Positions 39,686-48,624 of a stretch of DNA of 64,000 nucleotides are shown piece after piece. Each line of letters opens with the position of its first letter. Position 1 is the stretch's first letter. A program made the translations under genes and the position numbers. Origin of the DNA: a virus (taxonomy: Duplodnaviria > Caudoviricetes). Below the pieces are notes generated by a model that had not been told where the DNA came from, did no database searches, and was given only the letters and a program-made list of their open reading frames with translations. The stretch covers positions 1-64,000 of the IMG/VR virus record IMGVR_UViG_3300037455_000173, one strand, 5' to 3'.

Positions 39686-40888
39686 TCAATTATAAGTAAT
39701 GCCGGTTAAATTAGGGTACTCAGCAATGATAGCATTTCGTTGAGTTTCACCGGACACCCAGATAGTACAATCGTTAGGTATCCCTGTAAATACATCGTCT
39801 TGCTCTATTAGTGGAATGTTACCAGTACCTACCTTAGTGAAGTCTATACTGGTTACATCGATTTCTTGTAAACTGGTGCAATTCTTGAATAAACCTTCAA
39901 TATTGGTTACCTGATTAAAACAGCACGCACTTAAATCTAAAGTTTCTAATGCAGTATCTCCTGCGAACATATAGCTTATATCGGTTGCATTATGTGTATC
40001 CATTAACTGTAAACCAACAATATTCTGTAGCAGCACGTTAGCTGCTAACGCATAACTAAAGGTAGTTACATTACCAGTGTAAATATGTGTTAAATTAAGA
40101 ACCGTAGCTTGCTGTTGATAAAACATATGAACTGCGGTGGTAAAATCAGAAGCGTCAGTTTTAGTCCGTAATTCACATTCCTTGTACCATGTATCAGCTG
40201 GTACCGCTTGTACAGATGTTATGTCAGCATAGTAGGTAGTTATAGGTGTTACACCTGCTGCACTATCATAACCAACTATACAATATGGTTGGGTTAATTG
40301 TCCATTATAATTATCTTCTAATTTTAATAATCTAGGTAAGATATCACCTGTCATTATTCCGGCTTTACCTAGAGTAGCTGCTGGTATATTACTTGCTAAC
40401 GGTGTATTCTGTCCGGTGACGGGATTTACAGAAGTTAGATAAGAAGTTAGCTGCTCATAACTTGCACCATAACCTAGTCCAACGCTAAATAATCGGTTAA
40501 GCGGTATAGCTAAATCTAATTTATTAAGTAACCTATATCTGATTCTGAAATCAACTGCAGGCACACTATTAGCATATAGATATAACTTACCGTCTGCAGT
40601 TTCAACTGCCTTAATAGTTCTAAATGCAGAATATTGAGCTTGTTTATCGGCTTGTGTAGCATTATATGAATATACCAGCTGTATCACTGGTACAGTTTCT
40701 GTATTAATATCATAATAGGTAGTTTCCCAACGATACTGCGTACCAGAGATAGACCAGTCTGTTCTATTTACATTAACATATACTAAACCACTGCTTTGGT
40801 GATATGATGGATAGACATTAATAAAGTCATCTGAATTGGCAAACACTAACTCTACTGATTGAGATATCTGGCTTACTGTAAAATACAT
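39686..40888 (-). CDS. Fibre/surface protein with C-terminal BspA/DUF285-like leucine-rich repeats
   Basis: DTHNATDISYMFAGDTALETLDLS…VTNIEGLFKNCTSLQEIDV; ATG 40888 has an AGGAGG RBS. Confidence 0.75.
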   Translation of the reverse strand: MYFTVSQISQSVELVFANSDDFINVYPSYHQSSGLVYVNVNRTDWSISGTQYRWETTYYDINTETVPVIQLVYSYNATQADKQAQYSAFRTIKAVETADGKLYLYANSVPAVDFRIRYRLLNKLDLAIPLNRLFSVGLGYGASYEQLTSYLTSVNPVTGQNTPLASNIPAATLGKAGIMTGDILPRLLKLEDNYNGQLTQPYCIVGYDSAAGVTPITTYYADITSVQAVPADTWYKECELRTKTDASDFTTAVHMFYQQQATVLNLTHIYTGNVTTFSYALAANVLLQNIVGLQLMDTHNATDISYMFAGDTALETLDLSACCFNQVTNIEGLFKNCTSLQEIDVTSIDFTKVGTGNIPLIEQDDVFTGIPNDCTIWVSGETQRNAIIAEYPNLTGITYN

Positions 40889-40943
40889 ATCTATGTACCT
40901 CCTATGTAATTGCTTAAATGCAGGCAACTGCGGTGTATATACT

Positions 40944-40971
40944 ATTATACGATTTCACAGCATGTAAGCAA
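40944..40971 (-). promoter_or_regulatory. Sigma-A-like promoter TTGCTT-N16-TATAAT
   Basis: Located upstream of the BspA-like gene. Confidence 0.45.
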
Positions 40972-40985
40972 TTCATGGTATAGAA

Positions 40986-41012
40986 AGAGGGCGATTAAGG
41001 TAATCGCCCTCT
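40986..41012 (-). terminator. Terminator hairpin
   Basis: AGAGGGCGATTA/TAATCGCCCTCT. Confidence 0.75.
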
Positions 41013-41068
41013 AATCTAACTTAAAGAATCTTTTTAGAATTTCTCTTTTAGCCGGAGTAACCAGATGA

Positions 41069-41500
41069 TTACTGGAAGAAGTCACCGGAATCTTCTGAAC
41101 CTGTGGTTTCACCCATTCTGTTGTCTCCTGATTCGGAGTCTGGTTCCCCTCCGGCGGATTCGTCAGATTCGTCTGGGATTTCTGGGATTTCTTCGGCTCC
41201 TTCTTCGGCTCCTTCTTCGGTCGACTCTTCGAATGACTCATCTTCACTCACCTCTGGTTTTTGTGGTGTAATGTTCAATGACGCAAGCTGGATAAAATCT
41301 TCTGGATAGGATTCAGAGTCACTTATCTGAACCTTTTTGGTTTTAGGATTATACAGCAGAACTGCTTTTCGTAAATCTAAAGAGCTACCGTCCTCTAGAG
41401 TAATGATTGAACCGACATCCTGCATAAACTGCTCATCGACGTCGTTCTCGAACTGACTGGGACTAACCTCAGCAGCAGAATTTAGCTTAAACTTTCTCAA
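41069..41500 (-). CDS. Acidic putative internal head protein
   Basis: AGGAGG + TTG start; FKLNSAA; domain similar to the C-terminus of 44529..45668. Confidence 0.65.
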   Translation of the reverse strand: MRKFKLNSAAEVSPSQFENDVDEQFMQDVGSIITLEDGSSLDLRKAVLLYNPKTKKVQISDSESYPEDFIQLASLNITPQKPEVSEDESFEESTEEGAEEGAEEIPEIPDESDESAGGEPDSESGDNRMGETTGSEDSGDFFQ

Positions 41501-41502
41501 AA

Positions 41503-41859
41503 TCAGTCACCTCCTAGGTCACGAAGACCTGAATAATGATTAAGTCTGTAGGTAAGAGAAGCAGTTAATCGTTGACATTGATACCTACGATTATTTCTTA
41601 TCTTCCTCCAGAAATATTTACCTTTAGAACCCGCATTATACAAACCCTTGGCAATATTCATGGGAACATCAAAGTAGGTATATACGGAACCGTCTTTAAA
41701 CCTAATCCAAAGTTGCTGTTTGTCTACCTTATATACCATACCGTCTATATTAGACGACTGAAAGTCGGTATACATTTTTTCCTTTTCACGCTCAGCACCA
41801 GGATGATTCTTGGTAAATGGATTAGCTTGAGAATTAATCTTGCAATTTAGTCTTAGCAC
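41503..41859 (-). CDS. KTSC-domain protein
   Basis: QSSNIDGMVY…LWIRFKDGSVYTYFDVP…LYNAGSKGKYFWRKIR. Confidence 0.9.
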   Translation of the reverse strand: MLRLNCKINSQANPFTKNHPGAEREKEKMYTDFQSSNIDGMVYKVDKQQLWIRFKDGSVYTYFDVPMNIAKGLYNAGSKGKYFWRKIRNNRRYQCQRLTASLTYRLNHYSGLRDLGGD

Positions 41860-42532
41860 CGTTACCCCTACTTCCTGTATAATCTAATGACTCTAAGTCA
41901 CCGTATTCTATTGTAGTTGCTTCCTCGAATGTTAGGTACTTCCAGACAAAATCATACGGACGAGCTACCGACGGTATTTTACCCATATTATAGATTTCAT
42001 CTTCCCAGAAATAATCGAAAGCGAATTGATTATCTGGTGCAACGTCCATCCAATGTAAACAGCACTGCCTAATTCGACGTTCTATACGCTCTTTACTGGT
42101 TGGTGTTCGAGCGCCTTGTACATCTGAAATATGGTCTTGGAAATACCAAAGAACCCACTCAGCAGCGGCTTCGAATGTCGGATATATCTGACGTAGATTA
42201 CCCCAAGGTGTATAGCGTCCTATAGGTCGATTGGTTATACGACGCATCGCTTCTTTATGAGCATCTTTATACATTTTCCAATGCTCAGTCTTATACTCCA
42301 GACGTTCTGGGATTTCAGGTTCATTACTGAAATCCCATTTAGATACGTCATAATTATATGTCAAGTCAGTAATACCAAGTATTTTCTGACGATAAACCTC
42401 ATTACGCAAACTAACGATATGTCTGCGATATTTCTGATACGGTGTAAGTTGAGCAAATCTTTCTGGATTCATCCAACGTAACTTCCACCGTATCTTATCT
42501 TTTTGAAGCGAATTACGCATCAGAGGTTGCAT
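41834..42532 (-). CDS. Basic protein with a NUMOD1-like DNA-binding module
   Basis: IGRYTPWGNLRQIYPTFEAAAEW…AFDYFW; TAATG coupling at 42532. Confidence 0.55.
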   Translation of the reverse strand: MQPLMRNSLQKDKIRWKLRWMNPERFAQLTPYQKYRRHIVSLRNEVYRQKILGITDLTYNYDVSKWDFSNEPEIPERLEYKTEHWKMYKDAHKEAMRRITNRPIGRYTPWGNLRQIYPTFEAAAEWVLWYFQDHISDVQGARTPTSKERIERRIRQCCLHWMDVAPDNQFAFDYFWEDEIYNMGKIPSVARPYDFVWKYLTFEEATTIEYGDLESLDYTGSRGNGAKTKLQD

Positions 42533-42849
42533 TAATCTTCCTCCTTGAGGTCCTTTCCAGGAATCTGCTCCATTTTCCACTCGTAGCCATATGCAGATTT
42601 AGTATCATCGCAACCATATACAGCAAATTGAATACGCTTATATATGCTTTCTTCTTTTGCTTTTGTTTTGCTGTGGTTTTTAACCCACTCAACAGCATCC
42701 CACATATTATCATATGTCTGTTTAACAACACCGTCTTCTAGACGTTGTACATGATACTCGGTTGTGCTATCAGAAATCTGCTCCTTGGTTTCTTCTGTGT
42801 GCTCGTGATTAGCAAACGAAGAATTGAGTGATTTAGTAATACGTAACAT
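42532..42849 (-). CDS. Small NUMOD3/NUMOD1-like DNA-binding protein with an N-terminal LNSS motif
   Basis: HTEETKEQISDS; QTYDNMWDAVEWV…SAYGYEWK. Confidence 0.6.
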   Translation of the reverse strand: MLRITKSLNSSFANHEHTEETKEQISDSTTEYHVQRLEDGVVKQTYDNMWDAVEWVKNHSKTKAKEESIYKRIQFAVYGCDDTKSAYGYEWKMEQIPGKDLKEED

Positions 42850-42858
42850 ATTATCACC

Positions 42859-44499
42859 TCAGTTTAGCATAGACTCATCGAAACCTAGAACGTTAATCAT
42901 TAACTTCTTAGCTTCTTCCTCGCTAACACCTAGTTCTTCCATGATAGCTTTCATCTCATGCTGTGTTTCGGTATCCCAGTTACCTGATACTGGTGTAGAT
43001 GATGAATATCTATCAGCTATCTCATAAAGTTTATCAGTATCGATAGATGAATTTAAGTCTTCACCTTCAGGGAATCTGAACTTCATATCCTGGTCGATTG
43101 CTTCTTTAGCTTCATCAACTGTCTTATATACACCTGGTAAGAAAGCACCATAAGGGCTAACGCATACATAACCTATCCTATCTGAACCGGATATAAAGTA
43201 ACCACGATATCTCATACCATCGTTCATCAAGTCAGGTGATTCAGGGTCGATGGTAGAATTATTCAAAGACACATCATCGACGATTATTGCAAAACCGCCT
43301 TCAAGTGGTTTAATTCCTGCTAGCTTAATACCCATTTCTTTTGCTAGAGGTTCTACATCAGCTGACTCCATACCGCGTACGATAATCTTGTAACCGGTTT
43401 TGCCATCTTCCATAGTCGGTACGGCACTAACCTGTTGAGCTGTTTGCTTGATTTTATCCACGAATACCTTAAGTGCAGGATTATCATGTACCGAACTATT
43501 TAGTTCAGATTTCTTGGAAGAATCCATCTTAACATTATCTTCCATATCGCAAATGGTTTCCCAGCTACAATTTGGATACTGTTCATCGAAACTATCAAGA
43601 ATAGCCTCGTATAACTCAATACCAGTTAAACCTGCCGGTACCTCGATTACAGCTGGTTCGTCTATTTCATTACCATTCTCATCTACATAGAATACCTGAT
43701 ATGCCTGATTAGCTTCAGCTATAGGTTCTTCCTCAGATAATGAACTATTAGTAGATGTAGTACTATTGAAGTTTGCAACGTCAGCTACAATCTCCTCGAT
43801 AGCACGGTCGATAACGTCTTCGTAACCATTTCCACCCTCAAAGCTAATCTGCATTGTAGTGGCGTTAGGACGTGCCAACTCCTTTACAGCTACCTCATAG
43901 CCCTTGTCGAATAACTCACCCTCGATGATATTCCGAAGGTCCATCAGCTGTGACTTTTCACGACCAAAATTCTCTGGTACGGTTACCTCACTAATCGAAC
44001 AGTTCAGATTACTGTCGATATCTGGTTCGTTACCTAGAGGATTGATTGCCATCGTATTCAGCACCTCATCAACAAGACCTAAATCTTCAAGTGCCTCTAC
44101 TACTGCAACTAGAGCCTCGTGCGTATCGATATCAGAAAGCTGCTCCCGTAGGTTAGAGCCTTCAGGAGCAGCTTCATCGTTGATTGCAGAAAGAACTTCA
44201 TCGGCTTTACCTAGGTACTCTATGCATTGAACTACATAAGTCAGAACGTCGTGTTCATCATCACCGGCGTCTGCAAGAACTTCCTTTATGTTTTCTGAAC
44301 AGTCTAGTTCATTCTTTTTTCTAGAGGAATCGAACTGAGATACATAATCATCGTAGTCACTTCCGTAGAGCAGCTTTTCTGACTCATCGATGAATTCAAC
44401 TGCATCATCAAGATTGTCGAAATCATAGTATTCACCTTCATAATTGATTAAGAAGGAGTCACCAGATTCACTCTGTTCGATAGTGTACCCATGGTACAT
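42859..44499 (-). CDS. Acidic multi-segment putative internal head protein; probably the -1 frameshift extension of 44529..45668
   Basis: No clear RBS; frame open upstream to the A8G tract; six or more LNS-like motifs. Confidence 0.7.
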   Translation of the reverse strand: MYHGYTIEQSESGDSFLINYEGEYYDFDNLDDAVEFIDESEKLLYGSDYDDYVSQFDSSRKKNELDCSENIKEVLADAGDDEHDVLTYVVQCIEYLGKADEVLSAINDEAAPEGSNLREQLSDIDTHEALVAVVEALEDLGLVDEVLNTMAINPLGNEPDIDSNLNCSISEVTVPENFGREKSQLMDLRNIIEGELFDKGYEVAVKELARPNATTMQISFEGGNGYEDVIDRAIEEIVADVANFNSTTSTNSSLSEEEPIAEANQAYQVFYVDENGNEIDEPAVIEVPAGLTGIELYEAILDSFDEQYPNCSWETICDMEDNVKMDSSKKSELNSSVHDNPALKVFVDKIKQTAQQVSAVPTMEDGKTGYKIIVRGMESADVEPLAKEMGIKLAGIKPLEGGFAIIVDDVSLNNSTIDPESPDLMNDGMRYRGYFISGSDRIGYVCVSPYGAFLPGVYKTVDEAKEAIDQDMKFRFPEGEDLNSSIDTDKLYEIADRYSSSTPVSGNWDTETQHEMKAIMEELGVSEEEAKKLMINVLGFDESMLN

Positions 44500-44528
44500 A
44501 TACAGACCGTCACCGGTCGATTCAACAT

Positions 44529-45668
44529 TTAGTTCTTTTTTTTAGATGAGTCGAGTTCTTCGTCACCCTCAGCAACTTCCTCTACCTCAGTTTCCTCTAC
44601 AGGAAGTGCAGGCTGAGTTGCTGTTGCGATTACAACGAATCCTTCAGGAATTTCCTCATCTTCATCTTCCTTAATGAAGAGTGAAATTTCGTTAGTTTCA
44701 GGATTCTGAATAATCTGAATGTCACTGAGTGAAATCTCATTACCGGACTCTGTCATGATTTTAGGCTCACTGTCTTCAGCACAGTTGAGCTCCTTGGAGC
44801 TAGCAAGGCTGCTATTAGCAGACTGAACATCCCACTCGTTGTAACTACCTGGCCAGGCCATAAAGAAGGAAGTAACTTCTGGTACATTTTGGCTAAGGTA
44901 CTGTTTGAGTGAGCGGACAAGACTTGGTAGGCAGCTATTATGAAATGCCTCCTCGCCTTCACCTGCAACTACATACTCGCCTTCTGAATCTCTAGCCTTG
45001 TCGTCAAACTCGATATTTAGGATTGTATCAGAACCACTACCAGGTTCGCCTACGCTCCAGCCCTGATTATCGACGTTTCTATCGACGCGCCAACCGGTGA
45101 TAGCTAAATCACTACCTATTTCAGAATTAGTGCTTGTAATCCAGTCTTCTACTATTTTCTTCGCGCCATCCATCTCCGGTGAAGACTCTTCATCAAATTT
45201 AGGCTTATCATTCTCGAAACCAAAATTGACACCACGGTTATCGCGTTGGTCAGCCAGTTCAACACCTAGAGAACCATCACTGTCGTAGTCATCTTCTTTA
45301 ACATACCAACCACCATTTCCGCGACACCAGAGCTGTGTAACGCCGTCTTTGGTAGCCCAGAATTCACCGTCATAGTTGTCAACTTCGTCGATAGTTGCAA
45401 GACGCTCAACTGTTGCACCAGTCCTCTCCTCGAATGCATCGATGAGCTCTTCAGCTTCTTCCTGAGTATAAATCTGCTCCTCGTTTACCAGCTGATTAAT
45501 CACCTCTTCACGACTACAGTTCAGTTTCTGCTTTCTGCGGTCTTTAATTGATTCTGGTAACTTCTTGGAGCTATTCAACGCCTTATTTCTAGGACGTCTC
45601 ATAGGTGCCTTCTCTTCTGTCTTTTCAGAAGACTTACCAGGCATGATGTTTCTGTTTACATTTACCAT
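44529..45668 (-). CDS. Acidic putative internal head/core protein
   Basis: AAGGAG RBS; ALNSS, KLNCS, ELNCA, ELDSS. Confidence 0.75.
   Translation of the reverse strand: MVNVNRNIMPGKSSEKTEEKAPMRRPRNKALNSSKKLPESIKDRRKQKLNCSREEVINQLVNEEQIYTQEEAEELIDAFEERTGATVERLATIDEVDNYDGEFWATKDGVTQLWCRGNGGWYVKEDDYDSDGSLGVELADQRDNRGVNFGFENDKPKFDEESSPEMDGAKKIVEDWITSTNSEIGSDLAITGWRVDRNVDNQGWSVGEPGSGSDTILNIEFDDKARDSEGEYVVAGEGEEAFHNSCLPSLVRSLKQYLSQNVPEVTSFFMAWPGSYNEWDVQSANSSLASSKELNCAEDSEPKIMTESGNEISLSDIQIIQNPETNEISLFIKEDEDEEIPEGFVVIATATQPALPVEETEVEEVAEGDEELDSSKKKN
44535..44543 (-). other. Slippery tract A8G (contains A_AAA_AAG), candidate -1 frameshift site
   Basis: TCT AAA AAA AAG AAC TAA; the -1 frame runs into ORF 42859..44499. 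Confidence 0.65.
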
Positions 45669-45807
45669 GATAGATTTCTCCTTTCGGTAGATAAATTTAA
45701 TAGTGTATCTCGAGATATACTATCTACAGACATACCAGAATATATCTGTATACCTTATTATACACGACTTTATCAGTATGTTCCAGATACACTTTAACTA
45801 TATTAAT

Positions 45808-45840
45808 ATTATAACATATTTCTATAAACGCTACGAAGTT
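45808..45840 (-). promoter_or_regulatory. Class I promoter AACTTCG-N20-TATAAT
   Basis: Motif match. Confidence 0.8.
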
Positions 45841-45847
45841 ATAAAAA

Positions 45848-45920
45848 TGGTTTTGTTTAACTGCTACATTGTGTAACCATACCAATATACACACAAATAC
45901 CACGCAATTAAGCAAAACCA
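45848..45920. repeat. 73-bp nested inverted-repeat element, copy B
   Basis: TGGTTTTGTTTAACTGC-N39-GCAATTAAGCAAAACCA with an inner TGTGTA/TACACA stem. Confidence 0.75.
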
Positions 45921-45927
45921 AATAGAA

Positions 45928-46362
45928 TTATTTTCCTGTTGAACCGAAACCACTCGCACCACGTTCTGTTTCTGAAAGTTCATCTACTTCCTCGAATTCT
46001 ACAGGTAAATACGGTAATACTACCAGCTGTGCGATACGGTCACCTGGTTCGATGATACGGTTCATATCGGTATCGTTATGTAGTGCCACGATATATTCAC
46101 CTCTATAATCCTCATCACATACACCAACGCAATTTGCAGGGCGTAGACCCTGTTTTGCTGCTAAACCACTTCTAGCAAATATAGCACCGAAATATCCTTC
46201 AGGTATCGCGATAGCTAAACCAGTTCCTATCTTAGTAGTAGTATGTGGCTTGATTAACACAGATTCCACACTGTCTGCATATAAATCATAACCAGCAGCT
46301 TTATCAGAGCCTCGAGTTGGTAATTTTGCTGTTTCTGTTAATTTCTTAATCTGAATTTTCAA
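45928..46362 (-). CDS. dut: dUTPase (trimeric)
   Basis: AAGYDL, ARSGLA, GVCDEDYRGE, GDRIAQL, RGASGFGSTG. Confidence 0.97.
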   Translation of the reverse strand: MKIQIKKLTETAKLPTRGSDKAAGYDLYADSVESVLIKPHTTTKIGTGLAIAIPEGYFGAIFARSGLAAKQGLRPANCVGVCDEDYRGEYIVALHNDTDMNRIIEPGDRIAQLVVLPYLPVEFEEVDELSETERGASGFGSTGK

Positions 46363-46643
46363 AACAAATCCTCCCTCGGGTTAAGTACCCGATTTAATAT
46401 ATCTTTAAGCTGCACTGACCGAACTTTAGCAGTTTCAGCTAAGGCACTGAATATTAGATATGTATCTAATTTATCACCGTCGAACGTTATAGCCTGTGTG
46501 TTACCCTGATTATCGGTAGTAATTACAGATATTAGACTAACTTCAGAACGTGCCGGTGACAGACCACCAAGCATATCGGTTAACTGCTCTAAACCGGTTA
46601 TACGCGCAGTTAGGTTTTGTATCTTAGATTCCTCTTCGGTCAT
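46359..46643 (-). CDS. Hypothetical protein
   Basis: Likely start MTEEES. Confidence 0.6.
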   Translation of the reverse strand: MTEEESKIQNLTARITGLEQLTDMLGGLSPARSEVSLISVITTDNQGNTQAITFDGDKLDTYLIFSALAETAKVRSVQLKDILNRVLNPREDLF

Positions 46644-46662
46644 ATACAGCCCTTCTTTCAAG

Positions 46663-46696
46663 ATAGATAGAAACATATGTCTATGTTTCTATCTAT
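46663..46696. terminator. 15-bp perfect hairpin downstream of the ligase gene
   Basis: ATAGATAGAAACATA/TATGTTTCTATCTAT. Confidence 0.6.
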
Positions 46697-46710
46697 AATA
46701 ACCTTTTATG

Positions 46711-48411
46711 TCATAGTGTCCTATCAGAGAATATCTCACAGATTCCTGCGATAACTTCCTGGATAAACGGTATCTGAAGTTGATTATAAACTGACTCACC
46801 CTTTGCTTTACCTATCAAGTCTTGTAGTGTAGCACACGGTAACTTAGCAAAACCATACAGAGCAGCTGAATAGGTAGAACCAGGATTATTGGTCTTAAAG
46901 TAGGTTTCTATACTCTGTGCTGCAGCTTGTGCTAGATTATTAATACCTAATCCTACAAGTATCTGAGCAAAGGTCATGTTCTTCTTAGATTCTTCTACTC
47001 TTTGTAGGTACGTATTCATCTTAGCTTTACCGCTACCAGGTAGAGTCATAATCTCGATAGGTTTTATCTTATAAAAGTCAGCAGGTACTCTGAGCTTACC
47101 ACGCTCATATAGAGCTTCTACCAGACTTCCCGCAACACCCTTAAAATTACCTATTTTCTTGTCAGTCCAACCATTCAATCTAGCGAGTAACTTCTCTCTA
47201 CACTGAATATTACTACAAATACCTAGTTCTGCATCCTCGGTAAGTGGTTCACCACAAGCCGGACATACCGTAGGCTTTTCGAACGGTATAGAGTCTTCTG
47301 TATGGCGAGTGGATTTTATAGCCGGTATGATATCGCCTGCTTTATACACTACTACCATATCGTTCTTTTGAACTCCTAGCTGTTTAATTCTTTCCCAGTT
47401 ATGCAGAGTTGCTTTGGAAATGGTACTACCCATTACAAGGACCGGTTCGAGTATAGCAACTGGGTTTAACCTACCTGTCGAACCTACCTGCCATTCTATA
47501 TCCTTCAGACGTGTTTCTTGTTCTTGTGCTGGGAATTTATAAGCAACTGCCCAGTTCGGTACTACACCATTGTCACCGACTGTGCTACGTCTATCGATGT
47601 TGTTGAACTTTACAACCATACCGTCAATCGGTATATCGAGTTCCTCACGAGAGTCTGAAATAGCCTTGAGGATATCTTCTAGGTTATCCCATTTATCTAA
47701 GACAACGTGATACACTACCGGAAAATTGTTGTCCATCAAGAAGCCCAAATCCTGCATTTGGGTGCGGCCTTCGACAGACTGTTGCATTTTATCGATGTTA
47801 TACGCAGAGAACGAAAGGTACGCTGCCCTTTCTAATTCATTCTGACGTTTAAATATACCTACAGCAGTATTTCGGGGATTAGCTTGTTTTCCATACTTCT
47901 TACAGTATTCCTCGAAACGAGATTTCTTCATGAATACCTCTCCATGTACAATGAGTTCCCAAGAAATGGGTATGGTCTTAGGAATATCAGCTATGTACTG
48001 AGCTGCCGCTATACACTCTACACCTATGTGACCGTCACCACGAGTAGACGCAGACACAAGCTTGCCGTCTCGATATATTAATTGTACCGATAAACCATCA
48101 AGTTTATGCTCTAAGCTAAATAAGGTTATTGCCTTGAACTTATCCATAAACGCTTGTGTATCGGTAATCGTGAATACATCTTTAAGGCTTAGCATAGGTA
48201 CGGGGTGAACCACATCACCACCATCACTGGGGTTTACCGAGCGAGTCGGGCTGTTTGTCGCAGCTCTGTTCCATTTCTCATATTCGTATATGTCGTTCAT
48301 ATACGAATCGTAGAGCTCGTCTGAAATGCCTGTATTAGCGCCTTGCATATACAAGGGTCTAGCCGCATTTACTACCTCGATTAATTCATGATATCGGTCT
48401 TTTGTAATCAT
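46711..48411 (-). CDS. ligA: NAD-dependent DNA ligase (no BRCT domain evident)
   Basis: ISDELYD, HPVPMLSL, KLDGLS, TRGDG, NPRN, IDGMVVK, AVAYKF, ATLHN, AGDIIP, CPAC…C…C. Confidence 0.95.
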   Translation of the reverse strand: MITKDRYHELIEVVNAARPLYMQGANTGISDELYDSYMNDIYEYEKWNRAATNSPTRSVNPSDGGDVVHPVPMLSLKDVFTITDTQAFMDKFKAITLFSLEHKLDGLSVQLIYRDGKLVSASTRGDGHIGVECIAAAQYIADIPKTIPISWELIVHGEVFMKKSRFEEYCKKYGKQANPRNTAVGIFKRQNELERAAYLSFSAYNIDKMQQSVEGRTQMQDLGFLMDNNFPVVYHVVLDKWDNLEDILKAISDSREELDIPIDGMVVKFNNIDRRSTVGDNGVVPNWAVAYKFPAQEQETRLKDIEWQVGSTGRLNPVAILEPVLVMGSTISKATLHNWERIKQLGVQKNDMVVVYKAGDIIPAIKSTRHTEDSIPFEKPTVCPACGEPLTEDAELGICSNIQCREKLLARLNGWTDKKIGNFKGVAGSLVEALYERGKLRVPADFYKIKPIEIMTLPGSGKAKMNTYLQRVEESKKNMTFAQILVGLGINNLAQAAAQSIETYFKTNNPGSTYSAALYGFAKLPCATLQDLIGKAKGESVYNQLQIPFIQEVIAGICEIFSDRTL

Positions 48412-48608
48412 TATTTACCTCCTAGGATTATATTTTCATGGGACTTTACCTTTTCAAGAATACAGTCCCACGATAATTCTTTTTCAGGATAACTGTCGAT
48501 GTAGAAATCTCTATCATTATAGATGTAGATGATATGATATATCCGTGACTTGGTAGCTTTACACCAGTGTGTCTTACAACGCCACGGACCTAAGCAATTA
48601 TCTTTCAT
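48411..48608 (-). CDS. Hypothetical protein
   Basis: Coupled to ligA. Confidence 0.55.
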   Translation of the reverse strand: MKDNCLGPWRCKTHWCKATKSRIYHIIYIYNDRDFYIDSYPEKELSWDCILEKVKSHENIILGGK

Positions 48609-48624
48609 TAGAACTCACCTTAAC

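Noticed and set aside
39686-40888. Diversity-generating retroelement target
   Set aside because: No reverse transcriptase and no template/variable repeat pair seen in the window.
41011-41247. Lys/Pro-rich 78-aa ORF
   Set aside because: Alternative-frame shadow of the acidic repeat in 41069..41500, which has the RBS.
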